DNA of 64,000 nucleotides from Yuukianura sp. NJ FZ-2021 (Eukaryota): NCBI GenBank assembly GCA_046563655.1, contig CM102290.1, positions 14,198,001 to 14,262,000 of the forward strand, read 5' to 3'. Shown piece by piece: positions 12,780 to 24,836 of this stretch (position 1 is its first letter; each line of letters starts with the position of its first letter). The notes under the pieces were generated by a model. It saw only the letters and a program-made list of their open reading frames with translations, ran no database searches and was not told where the DNA came from. The position numbers and the translations under genes were made by a program.

Positions 12780-15244
12780 TTATTGTTTCCGTTTGGATTT
12801 TTTCTGGAAAGAAAGTCAAAGTCTCATTAATTTACAGACACAAATCTTACAATTCTTCAACTTTTTCAGTTTTTCGAAATTTTGAAAACTGAAATTTTGA
12901 ACTTACGTTTAGTGCCGGAATGTTAACGCGTTTCAGAGGTTTTGGAGCCGAAATGTCCTTGAGAACTCCGAGTTCAATCAGAAAGTAAATGGAGTTGAGC
13001 AATTGCATGTCAAGACTCTGCATCGTAGCGTATTTGGCAACATCAGAGTCATGTTGAAGCTGTAACAAAGAAATTTTGAAAACTTTTTTACGCAAAGTTA
13101 CAAATTTTGAAAAAGTTTTTAAAAAAAAGTTTCAATTCGAAAAATTTAGTAACCTGTTTCCCAATTGTAAGAATGACACTCAAGAATCTGCGGATATCAC
13201 GTTCAATGAGGACAAATTCCAACATGTTATGCTCCAGTCCAGTGATCACTACAACAAATTCAAAAAAAAAAATTCAAAATTTTTGAATTTCCCGCCAAAA
13301 AATTCAAGAAAAACTTACGAGCAATGTAGGTTTGAATAATGTGCGGGCGGACACGACGCAGTGACGGGACTTTGATTGGCCGTTGAATGAGCAAGTCGAG
13401 CGTATTTTCACCAACTTCATCATAAATCCCCACGATGTCCATCATGTTCACTGCCATATGATGCTAAATTTTCGAAAAACGTTTTTTGGAAATATATTTT
13501 TCAAAATTATGAAAATCCTTGTCCCCAACGTTCCTTCACTACGACAACTTAATTTTCTTTAACATGTCGGGTACTACCTCGCTTGTTGACAAAAAAACGA
13601 AAAAAAATTAGTACCAATCCGAAAAATTGGTACCACTTAGTATGCAAAATAAAAAAAAACTGTATTGTTATTACTACGATGCACCGAACTGAAAAGATAC
13701 TTTTTTTTTTGCAAAATCGGAAAACCATGAGGTGTTACCCAACCTGTTAAAGAAAATCAAAAGTAAAAATTCAAAAAACCTTGCTTGTCGCTTACTCTTT
13801 CGCTGAGAGGATCCTCAGTGATGAGTTCTTTTTCTTTGGTCAGTTTGATGACATACTCCAAGTTGGCGACGACCACTGCCACAATCAGATTGGTGAACAC
13901 GAAAGCTCCAATTGTAACTCCAATCATCACAAATATGGAAATGACCACAAAGTACTGTGCTTTGAGTTCCCTATGCTCGTCAGTCGCATCGGGTCGAAAG
14001 GCGTCCAGCACTTGAACCCACCCATCCTGTGTCACACAAATGAACAGCACATACCAAGCATCAAATGCTGTTCGGAAGAACTGTGTCTCCAGTTCCTGGA
14101 AGTCAAACAGCGCAACTCCAGAAATCCCCATCACGAACATGAAGATGATCAGCACAAAGAGGATGTTGACCATGTCAGACACAGAGCGAGTGATGGTGGT
14201 CGCCACGACACTTAAACTTGTCAGAGAGTTGACGGAACGCAGAATTCGAAATGCCCGGATGACACGAATCGTTGCAAAAACGTCTTTGCGTTCACGTACG
14301 TACGGAACCATGGTGGACAGGAGGAGGAGGGCGAAGATGGTAAAGTCCAGCACATTCCACCACACTTTCCAGAAGATCCGGAATGCGTAGATCCATTTCA
14401 AGATGATCTCGAAGAAGAAGAAGGTGAAGATGATGTGGTCGATGGCCTGGAGAGGAGTTTTGTACTCCCGAGTATTTTCGGCAAAAGTGTTGTACCCAAT
14501 CATCACAGCATTGAACAGCACCAGCACCAAAATGATCATCCTGAAAATAAAAAAATAGTTAATGAAACAGCTACTTTATGGATATACCTTGTCTGTCTGT
14601 CTGTCCGTCTGCCTGTCCGTCGAAAATTATGTAAGAAAAGGCTCAACATTTTTTTTTCAACATCATTATCCCGAGATGTTGACTATTCAGTAGAATACCG
14701 ATAGGTCAACAAAAGTTCAAGGTGAAGGTCAAAGACACCCCCAGTAAGATGGAGGTTATCTCTTATCTCTTATCTTTGCTACTTATTTACATTCCAGTTT
14801 ATCTTTAAATGTGTTATAAAAATTCAAAAAAATGGAGATTACTAGTTACCGATAAGTTGAAGTGCGCAGAAGACGACCGACGAACTTTTGGAAGTGCGTG
14901 TTGATGTATCGGTCTCGGTCGATGTCTACGATGTAGGCGTAGTTCTGCCTGTGTTCTGTGGTGTACGTAACGATTTCTTTGTGATGAGCCGAGTAGAAGT
15001 CCGATCCCACCGTGCAATTGGAGTAAGCATCCATGAATTCTGCCGTAGTATCGCTGATTGTGCACTTCTTCTTCTTGTTGTAGTGGTAACGTGGTCCAGT
15101 GTTCAGGTCCTTGGGTTGCCTCAGTTGAATTGTGGCTGTTTTGTACTTGACGATGGGTGGTGGATCATGTGGCGACGTGGGGAGCTTAAGGCCCTGCGTA
15201 CGACGACGCTTCATCCTCTTCCGGGACACTTTGAGTGGAATCAT
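12780..15244 (-). CDS. CATSPER4: CatSper-family (CatSper4-like) 6TM voltage-gated cation channel alpha subunit; exons approx. 15244-14850, 14540-13796, 13463-13319, 13248-13154, 13059-12907, 12803-12780
   Basis: Single ion-transport domain: S2 FFFEIILKW, S3 WNVLDF, S4 IRVIRAFRILRSV, pore loop LFICVTQDGW (TxDxW filter, TQDGW as in CatSper4) and S6 FTNLIVAVVVANL. GT-AG junctions keep the frame open to TAA at 12780. Confidence 0.8.
13526..13783. mobile_element. hAT-like MITE, subfamily A, in a CatSper intron
   Basis: Degenerate left end CAACGTTCCTT, right end AACCTTG; TSD CTTGTCCC/CTTGTCGC (7 of 8 match). Confidence 0.8.
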
Positions 15245-15932
15245 GATGAAAACCTACAGTATTACATCAATTATTAGTTAAGTTAATCGGAAACATTAGA
15301 TGTTAAGTGATCGTATCTTACCGAAATCTGTGAATCTGTCACAGGTCAACTATCCAGATGATACTTAGCTCTTCAGGAGATATCCAGGATAATGGGATAA
15401 GAAGATAGGGAGATACCGGGATATGAACACTGGAAAGATTATCTCTGCACAACCTGAATAATGGTATCCAAATTTTCAGTTGTGATTGGTGCTGCTTCTG
15501 CCAAAAAAACGTTTGCAGAAAAACAAATGAAATTGCTCAAGTTCGTTGCCAAGACAACCTTTAACACACCGGAAAGTGAAAATCTTAAGATGTCAATGAT
15601 TAATGAAACGGAGTAGTCAACTTTACTAAATTAATTTTAGTAGAATTAATTAATTCATGTAAAATTAATTAATTTTTAGTAGAACTAAGGAGGCTAGTCA
15701 TAGCTAGTGTAAGTTAATTTACAAAGAAGTAAGACAGAGAAATAGTATTTACGATGAGCAATGAAAAAGCAAGTTATTCGAATATACTAAAGCTTTCGAA
15801 GTGAAAAATTAATTTAGTCAATTAACATCCGATTGTTTCTAAGTCAATTACCAACCGAATCCTACTTAACATCGAACGTTTTCGTCATATATGAAAATAG
15901 GTTTTCTGTACACGTTGAAAGGCGAGAGCTCT

Positions 15933-16966
15933 TCATTCGCTCAAGACGAATGCCGGAATTTCCCCTTTTTTGTCCAGTTCCCGCAGTTTCACGTACAGTT
16001 TGATTGCAGCGATGCGAAAAGCAACTCGTTTCTTGGTAGCTCCACCTAAAGTAAAGTAGTTAACCAAATGAAAAGCTTACTTTTTAAAATTAATTGTCAA
16101 AAAAATCATGAACTGAACTTACCATATTCCACAAGATCTCCAATTCTGGCGAAACAGACAAAGTCCTTGGCCAACTCTCCGTGGGGCTGAACACTGTACT
16201 TGGGCTGTTTCCACTTACGAGCGATGCATGTTTGACGCAAGACGTGCAAAATGTCTTTGGTCGGATCCGTCTTGACAACTGGCTTGTACTGGACCTTGAA
16301 CAACGAAGGCAACATAGGAATCAAAACATCCAAGCATTTGGCAGCAGCTTCTTCTTTGGCCTCCGCAATTGTTGCTCCAGTTCCACGAGCTACAACACAA
16401 AAACAGCGATTAATCAAGTTTAATCAACTGATTAATCTAACTTTTTTGTTAAAAATGTTTGAGTGGACTAACATCGGTGGTCCCCAATTGTCAGGTTGGC
16501 TTCGTAAGTGATTACTCCTTCTGGAGTGACGTTTCGTTTCATGACAAACGTCTTTTCCATCTTCCAGTTGCAAGCCAAACCGTCCAGACTGAGAATTGGG
16601 TTGGGCTTGGGAGAATAAGTGCGTTCATAGGGCGTAAGGACCAAGGCTGGCAGAGGTTTTGCAGGGTCAAGGCCATTGGTGGAGGTTGTAGCAGCGCTAT
16701 GTCCAGCAGCAGCGTTTTGTCCGACAGCAGCGCCATGTTCTGCAGCAGCGCCCTGTTGGTTCACTTGGATATGCTGTTCCAGTTCCATCTCGAGCTCTTT
16801 GAAAATTTCCTGTTCTTCTTGTGTGTAATCTACTTCCAGCAAGTAGTCGAGGTCTGAGATGGCGGGTGAAGGTGCTGTAAAACAAAAGGAAAACTTCAAG
16901 GTGTTCTAGGATGACAATGTCTTTTGATTGTGTCAATGAATTGTCACCTTTTCGAGCCATGGCCAT
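15933..16966 (-). CDS. Divergent double-stranded RNA-binding protein with two dsRBD-like domains (loosely TRBP/Loqs/R2D2-like)
   Basis: Spliced ORF MAMARK|APSPAISDLDY... Domain 1: PNPILSLDGLACNW...YEANLTIG...ARGTGATIAEAKEEAAAKCL. Domain 2: DILHVLRQTCIARKWKQPKYS...FVCFARIGDLVEYG|GGATKKRVAFRIAAIKL. Both fit the alpha-beta-beta-beta-alpha dsRBD pattern. Confidence 0.72.
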
Positions 16967-18133
16967 CACTGACTTGGTCCAACGTAAATTCAGTCAAATG
17001 TTAAAACTGAGGATGGAAAACCAGCTGACTCCTTGTCCTTGTCCGAATTTGGTTATAAGAACTTCAGAGGAGTCCAATGAATCAGGAATGTTTTGAGTTT
17101 ATCAGCTGTAGAAAGATACTTATATAAGTAAGTGACCTCGTCCGCTCTCGTGACGTTGATGACAAGATTGACTGACCACAAATTATTAATTACAAATAAT
17201 TACAAAACGTTGACGTTAAATGGATCTTAGCTTACCTGAACTAATGCTAATGTCGTACCTAAGATACAAATGGTAAGAAAGAAGTGACGAGCGCGAAAGT
17301 GGCGGGATCGTGTTTCGTGTATCTGCTTCTGCTCCTTCGTAGACTGAAGATGAAAAGACGATGAACGGATGGATGACCAAGAAAAGATGATGAGAATCGA
17401 TGACCAAGAAAAGATGATGAGAATCAGACTAAAACATACAGCCAATTATCAATTGACTTAAATCGTTCAGAAATGCGAGCGAAAAAAAGAGAGATAGGTG
17501 GAAGAAATTGCCAGCTCACGACTGAATGAATGGCGGGATTGGAATGAATGAGCGGGAATGAAAGGAATGGGCGGGAATGAATGTGAGGAACGTCGATTAC
17601 GAAACAATTGAGTATCAAATGAAAAATTGTTTTGTCACGTCCGCACAATTTGTAGCAATATCCAGCACATTTATAATTGTTATTAAAGGCAACGTAATTA
17701 CTTTAATTAAGCATGTAATTAACTGTACTTAACGCGCTCTTATTTTCTATTGCTTGAACTTGTTGAGTGCCTCGTCTCATTTTCCCCACGAAACATTTTT
17801 TGGCGCCACATCCAATTCAAATGAAATGTTTTTTTTTGTTTACTATTTTTTTTTCCATGCTTTTGGCTTTGCTTTCGCGAGTCGATCAGAAAATTTTGGG
17901 AACTTAACTGCTAACTACCTAATTACTGAATTAATTAAGTCCATCAACTTTTTAATTGTTTAATTAAACTAAAGGATTTGGCGAAGTGGGAGAAGATACA
18001 TGCAAATCTGGCGATTCTTCCTTCAACAGGTTGAATTTTGATGAGGTAATCGTTGAAAAACTTGTTGTAGAAAAATCCCAATTGATCTTGAACTTGATTG
18101 GTTAATCGATTACTTTTTCTTAATAGTGAAGAA

Positions 18134-20448
18134 ATGGGAACTGTACCGGCAGAAGCTGCTGGTTCACCAGCACAATTGATTCCGATAAAAACTGGACCGG
18201 AAGAAAATTCAGAACCAAATTCCGTCACGGAAGGGAAATGTACTGTCCATCTAAAGGCCGAGATGAGAACGTTTTATAATCCAGCTCAAGAAATTAATCG
18301 CGACGTCAGGTACTTCTTACAGTAATCGAATTTTAAACGATTTTTAATTAAAGAAACTTCTATGAATTTTAGCGTTTTGGGAATCCACACAAATATCAGC
18401 ATCACTCCACCGGGCAAGAAAGGGAGGCCTGCGTCTGTGACCATTCTGGGTAAGGATGTACACTGAGAATCGAATAACGTAGTTGATTAATTTCGTGATA
18501 AGTTAAGTTAATTACATTATCCAGAAATTACTTAACGTTTATATAACGTTTTCTTGAATGTAGAGGCAATGGCTGCTTCGGGGATCAGGTCCATTCGCTA
18601 CGCCAAGGAAATTCCAGAGTTGAGCAAGGTTGTTGCCAACGACATTTCAGAAAAGTCGGTAGAGCTGATCAAGCAGAACTGCGCTCTGAACGATGTCACT
18701 TCCATTGTTGAGCCACACCTCAGTGATGCTTGGTAATTCAAACATTTCTAAAATCTTCGTCTTTGTGTATTTTTAACCTAAAACTAATCACTTTGATTTG
18801 TGTTTTTAGTGCTCTGATGCACAGTCAGCAAAATAGTCACTTCGTTGTGGACATTGACCCGTACGGCACTCCAGTACCCTTCTTGGATGCTGCAATTAAC
18901 GTAAGACTGTACCTGAATACCTCAAACTTTGTTTATATGTGGTGGTACCTTATATGCGGTACCGTATATTCGGTACTTATAAGTCTGGCGTATTTTGTTT
19001 GCAGTGTGTTACAAACGGTGGGATGCTCCTCGTCACCGCGACGGACGTGGCCATCTTGGCTGGAAACACTCCAGAAACGTGTTTCGCAAAATACGGGTCC
19101 ATGTCACTCAAATCAGAAGCATGTCATGAAATGGTAACTTTTTTGACCTGGAATTATGGACACGTTAGTTTTTGTTAAAAGGTAGTTCACTTGTTTTGAA
19201 TTGATTAATTTAGGCTCTTCGGATAATAATTTACACCGTTCAGTCTCTGGCCAACAAGTACGGACGATACGTCGTACCTCTTTTGTCCCTCAAAATTGAC
19301 TTTTACGTCCGCCTCTTCTTCAGAGTATTCAAAGGACCAGAAGTATGCAAAAAGTCAGCCAGGCAAGTCAAAATGGACAGTAGAATTTAACTAATTATGT
19401 AATTGATTAATTAACACTTTTAATTAACGTTTTCTCCTGCTTTTGTTTTGTTTCCAGCCAAACCTCTATGGTGTTCCAGTGTACAAGTTGTCACAGTCTG
19501 ACGTACCAGCCCATAGGAAGCCAAAAGCCAAACGGAAAGTTTGGATTTTCAATGTTAGCTCCAGACACTGGACTGTGTTCCCACTGTCACTCGAAGCAGC
19601 ACGTGAGCAGCTTAATTAAAAGTTAAAATTGATTAATTAACTTTAAATTCTTGAACTAATTTCAGATTGGTGGTCCAATGTGGACAGGACCTATTCACGA
19701 CAAGGAATTTGTCGCAGCCATGCTGGCCAATTTGAAGAAAGATTACTCGTATCTGGGAACTTACTACAGAATTGAGGTAAGGTGCTGCTACAGTAGGCAT
19801 TGCCTTTGGGGCACCCCGACCACCGACCACTTGAACGACCACCGACCATCAACCACTAAAAGTGCAATTTACTAAATTACAGGGAATGCTGACGCTGGTT
19901 CTGGAGGAGGTGGACGCTCTGATGTATTATAATATCAGCAAACTCTGTGCATTCCTGAGGGCTCCAACGATTGCTATACTCAAAATTAGGTGAGAAATTA
20001 AGAATTAATTAGGTTGTGATTAACTCAACTTTTGATTAACTTTTGAACTTCCTTTTGTTTTGTTTGTAGGTCTGCCCTTATGAATTTGGGCTACGCCGTT
20101 TCCTGTTCCCATGCAGTTCCAAACACTTTGAAAACGAATGCTCCGAATGAAGTACTCTGGGACATCCTGCGTGCCTGGTCCTTCGAATGCAATCCAACGC
20201 TGGACGCAAGGCTCCAAGATGCTGCGAAGATCCTTCTGGCCAAACCCAAAGACAAATGGACTCCAGGCATTGACTTCAATGTTCGCCCAGACGCAAATCC
20301 AGCATCACGGGAAGCCGGGATTTCACGCTACCAACTCAAACTTGGATTCGGTCCAGGAGTCAGAAGTACGTTTGCTTTACCGTCAGACAATCCAAGGGCA
20401 GAAGAAGTTACTCATCGCAAGAAGAGGAAACGAAAGCACTCTGTATAG
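18134..20448 (+). CDS. TRMT1: tRNA (guanine26-N2,N2)-dimethyltransferase, about 11 exons
   Basis: Motifs [73 protein letters not shown] and [15 protein letters not shown]; basic NLS-like C-terminus RKKRKRK. Confidence 0.93.
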
Positions 20449-20940
20449 ATTTTTAGTAAATTGGGACTAATTAAACTTTGCTTAATTAATGGATTTGTCC
20501 ACAATACTCCATGGTGGCTACATTCAGCCAGTGCCGGTTCATTTTAACCTTTATTTAATCCCGAAATCCTTTATAGCTGCTGCTGATGTAGCCAGCTAGG
20601 TTACTTTTATTATGCTAAATAATGTGGCGACATAAGTTGCCAGGTTGCCAGTGTAGCCACCTATTAAACCTCAAGAAGAGGCAACGGTAGCTACAGCTGT
20701 GCGATTCTATCCTTACCGCAACCGGGAAATTCTTGCTGGAGGGGAAGTTGAGTAACGCACATGTTCAGTAATTCAGGTGCCGAGACTTTTAGGTAATTAC
20801 AATTTACAAATGAATCTTAGAAAGTCTTTGATTAATCGTTAATTCATTGTTGATTAATTGATTAACTTGTTATATTTGTAAAGTCCAATCAGCTGTCAGT
20901 TGAACCCCGAAATTCGGAGTGTGAAGAAGGGAGACGAGCA

Positions 20941-21475
20941 ATGAGCTTAGGAAAGGACTTGCAGAACGATCCTCAACTCCAGCACTTCATTGAAATTGAA
21001 ACTCAGAAGCAGCGATATCAAGTAAGTTATCCTTATCTCTCCCGTAATTAGGAATACGCAATTAATCGATTAATTAAGTAAACTTAAGTTAAAGATCACA
21101 GCGGGCCATTGGCCATCGAAGATTCTCTTTGGATATCTTTTGAAATGACGAAATCGGGTACTTTATGTCTTTTGACCGTCATGAAACGTTTGTTAGAGTA
21201 CGACTATCGTTGTTCATTGTTGATTGATTGATTTAGTAATTAATTGATTGTTACTTTGTGTTGATTAGCAACTACTTCATGGCCTAACTGACCAGTGTTG
21301 GGATACTTGTATGGACCAGAAGCCCTCAACCCGATTGGAACCCAAAGTTGAAGCATGTTTGAAGAATTGTGTTGAACGATTTATCGATACAACAAATTTC
21401 CTGTTGAATCGTTTGGAGAAAACGCCCCAGTTGGCGGTACTCGGGAAATCCGATTCCGAATTCCTCGACAGTTAA
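20941..21475 (+). CDS. TIMM8: Mitochondrial intermembrane-space small TIM chaperone Tim8; exons 20941-21021 and 21269-21475 (not in the ORF track)
   Basis: Translates as [76 protein letters not shown]..., with twin CX3C motifs and the Tim8-type CVERFIDT. Confidence 0.92.
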
Positions 21476-21625
21476 TTGTAAGTTCTCTTTTAACGATCAA
21501 TTGTTAATTGAACAATTAATTACTCGCTTTCTTTTCTTTTTAGGTCAAACCCACAACCTAGTTTACCTTATATCCAGTAGTCCAAGTGTAATTACAGTGT
21601 AGAAACTAAGGAGCAACATAGCATA

Positions 21626-22846
21626 ATGTTTGGAAAACTAAAGGGCTTAGTGAGGAACCATTGGAAGAAAGTTGTCGTCGGAGGAGTCGTGGTCCAAGGA
21701 CTGATTGTCGGAGCCAAGTACGCCACCAGTCGATTTCTGCAGTACCATGAAAGTCAAACTCTCGTCTTACTGCAGAACATGCGCCGTGAAAAGCACTTTG
21801 AAAGTATGGAACCAACATTCAAGAGTTCTTTTGTGGCTTTGGCAATCAGCCTCAGAGAAACGGTGTTGGAGTGTATCGATGCCGAGAAAGTGGCTGATGA
21901 ACTTAAGGCTCTCGTCAGTTCTGAAATGAAGGTCAAAGTGGAGATGTGGGAGACACTAAAGGTCATGGGATTCACGCGCATACTTGTCATCATCTATGGA
22001 ACATCTCTGCTCAACATCCTCCTCCGAATTCAGTTGAGTATCATTGGAGGCAATTTGTTCCTGGAATCTAATCAACCTGATCAATCTAACTCTGAGTGGC
22101 GAAATGTCGATGGGATTATCATGTCTAACAACACAGCGATTGACAAGGACCTCCAGCAAAAGTACCTCGCTCTGGCCAGTCATTTGGTAAAGCAAGGAAT
22201 CCGTAAGTTATGTCACACCGTGTACAGCAAAACAGCTGATGTCGTCAAATCCGTCAGTTTGAAACAAAAAATTACAATTACCGAACTGGAACAAATCTTT
22301 CTGTCCATCACTACTGGAATACACAACGACATCGTTCCACAAAATACTGCCAGCATCCCCTTACCAGAAGTATCCTCAAGTCCAGTCAAGTGTCCATGGA
22401 AGTACGTCTTTCCACCGGAAGTGCTGGAAGCACATGACAACTTCCGAAAGTTACCAAACTTCCGGCCACACTACGAACCACCAGACATGTACGAACGTCT
22501 TCTCTCGGACACTTTTGATCTTCTGGACTCAGATGACGTCGTTGGCCTCATGACGACTTTTGAACGTCAAGGTATTCGGAACTTCTGTGATCGTCTAGCA
22601 GAAGCCATCAATCCAGAACCACTTTGCAATGGTCACCTTGGCAACGACTCCACCAATCACATCCTGCCAGACACCGAAGTTGGAATTCCCATGGCCAAGA
22701 TTATCCCAATTCTGAACCGGTTGGTGGCTCAAGGAGTTCAGACTGAAAATGATCCCTGGTTGTCTGTTTTGTGCAATTCGGATCTTACGCGAACTCTGGC
22801 TACCAATGTCTACGAATCTTTCTCCAATGTATCTCCAGAGTACTAA
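21626..22846 (+). CDS. PEX3: Peroxisomal biogenesis factor 3, intronless CDS (406 aa)
   Basis: N-terminal basic patch plus TM segment (RNHWKKVVVGGVVV); RREKHFES, KVEMWETLKVMGFTR, LLRIQLSIIGGNLF, QQKYL, PMAKIIP and ANVYESFS match Pex3. Confidence 0.92.
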   Translation: MFGKLKGLVRNHWKKVVVGGVVVQGLIVGAKYATSRFLQYHESQTLVLLQNMRREKHFESMEPTFKSSFVALAISLRETVLECIDAEKVADELKALVSSEMKVKVEMWETLKVMGFTRILVIIYGTSLLNILLRIQLSIIGGNLFLESNQPDQSNSEWRNVDGIIMSNNTAIDKDLQQKYLALASHLVKQGIRKLCHTVYSKTADVVKSVSLKQKITITELEQIFLSITTGIHNDIVPQNTASIPLPEVSSSPVKCPWKYVFPPEVLEAHDNFRKLPNFRPHYEPPDMYERLLSDTFDLLDSDDVVGLMTTFERQGIRNFCDRLAEAINPEPLCNGHLGNDSTNHILPDTEVGIPMAKIIPILNRLVAQGVQTENDPWLSVLCNSDLTRTLATNVYESFSNVSPEY

Positions 22847-23347
22847 CGACTGTCCAGTAGCACACTAATTGACTACTTACATTAATTGATTAATTACAGT
22901 GAATTTAAAGTTTGTATAACTTTGTAGTAATTGGCCTTTTGAGTTTAAGTAACTTCACGGTCGAAGTAAGCTTTACGGCGGGTGATCGTACCCTCCAATT
23001 AGCATTGTATTGAATTAGCCCTTGTTGAAATTCCAATCGGGAAATTCAATTCCACTTTCAGATTAGCTGACTTGACTCCTGGGACAATAGGAGTTTCCGC
23101 TTCTAATGCTAATTGGTGGCTACAATCAGCCGTCATAAACTTTACTTCGACCGACTTTGCTCTTGTTGTTAACTTTTAATTAAATAAAGGATATTAAGTT
23201 ACTTCTGTTTGGAATCTGCTCATGATCATGGTGAGTTTTTGAGAGAGGTGAGGTTAAGATTAGGCTATTAGCCTAATCAAGTTAGATTAGGTTGTTAACC
23301 TAACGTATTTAAGTGGTTGGACTGTCGTGTGGTGGGTGAGTTGAAAG

Positions 23348-24836
23348 CTACTGCTCGAGCCAAGATGGAGCTCCAGTGGAACTGGCCGTCCGTGAGATGC
23401 TGAACTGTTTCAGAGTAGAATCCAGTGCTTGCTGGTTTCCAGAAAAGTAGGCAGAGATGGCGTTGTGAAACAGTAGCAGTTGCTTGTGCATCACTTTGAT
23501 CTAAATAACAACAAAAAAGTAAAATTTTGAAATTTTTCAAAATTTTGAAGAGGACTTACCCTATTTTCATCCAGAAACTGGAGCTTGATGCTGACGTCGT
23601 CTCTCAATTTTTCGTAACTTGTTTTGTAGATGCTGAAGTTTCGTTGGGCCTCTTCCAATTTAGCAGCAGAACTCTCAGACTTTGGAAGTTGAAGCATAAG
23701 TTCAAGTTCAGATCGATAGGCATCATATTCTATTCTGAAATTTTGAAAAAATCGAATTTCAAAATTTTGAAAATTTCATGCTGACTTTGTTTTTTTGAAA
23801 AGTTACCGTGCATTTTCGTATTGACGTATGGTAAGAATCGTATCTTCAATGGTTTTATTACAAAGAGTGGTGACGGATGATAGAAAAAAGTTGAGAGCCG
23901 TGACAAGCACTTCTCCGTTCTTGTGCAAGTTCCGCTGTGTCTCGGCGTTGAACAAAAATTCTTGCTGGAGTTCAGGTGACTTCTGGGCCAAGTCCGAAAA
24001 AACTTCGGCCAGTGCTTGCTGCAAATCCAGTAATTGAGATTAGGCTAATTAGTTTTGCAATTAATTACCAATCGACCAATATCCAATTACTGACCTGCGT
24101 TTGAATGACATTGTAGAAGTGACTAGTGAAAGCCCGGCTGAGTCCCAGCACCTGAAGATACCTTCGCTTAATTTCTCTCAAATTTTCTATTCTCGCCTCC
24201 AGTTCTAGACAAAAAAGAGAACACAAAACGACAGTTTCAAGAACGTTTCCATTAGTAGTAAAGCGTAACGCTTTAGTAAAGAAACGTTTTTGTTTTTGGT
24301 AATTAACTCACCAGAGTCGACGGTTCGTGACGTTTTGCCCAGTTTCTCAAACATGAGTTGTTTGGTGCACTTGTAGGTAGAAATACTCCAGTTCTTGATC
24401 GATTCAATCTTGGATTGGGATGAGCGATACAAACGTGGGAACTGGTCGCCATTTTGTGCTGTACCTTCTGGACTACTCGAGTCTCTCTCTCTTTCTAAAG
24501 CCGATGGGAAGGAAGGTGCGGATACTGGAAGTACAAAAATCATAACACGTTGAACAAAACTTCCAAAAACAGCATAAGATGCTGGGCAGTACCTGACATG
24601 GGTAGGCTGTTACTCGGAGTGGAATATTGTCTGTACTGTGACTGTTGCGGTGGTAAGTTTCGAAATGGGGCAGACATGCCACCGGTGTGAGTTGAGCCTT
24701 GAGATCCCATGTTGATTTGGTGGGTCATCAGAGTGGCTGGAGTGGCGGTGGGTTCTTCAGATTCGGAGTCATTTTCCTGCTCTTCTGGAGATCCTAGTGA
24801 GTGTGGCATGTTCGAGGGGTTCATTGACATTGACAT
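23348..24836 (-). CDS. ARFIP2: Arfaptin (AH/BAR domain), about 6 coding exons
   Basis: [64 protein letters not shown] and [10 protein letters not shown]; the C-terminus ends PSWLEQ*. Confidence 0.9.

Noticed and set aside
13757..14539. Horizontally acquired bacterial NaChBac-type channel
   Set aside because: The pore is TQDGW (CatSper-type) rather than TLESW, and the gene has several spliceosomal introns.
18000..18045. Upstream ATG (MQIWRFFLQQ...) as a mitochondrial-targeting extension of TRM1
   Set aside because: Unspliced, it stops at TGA after 13 codons. Spliced to the acceptor at about 18126, it meets TGA immediately. At most a uORF.
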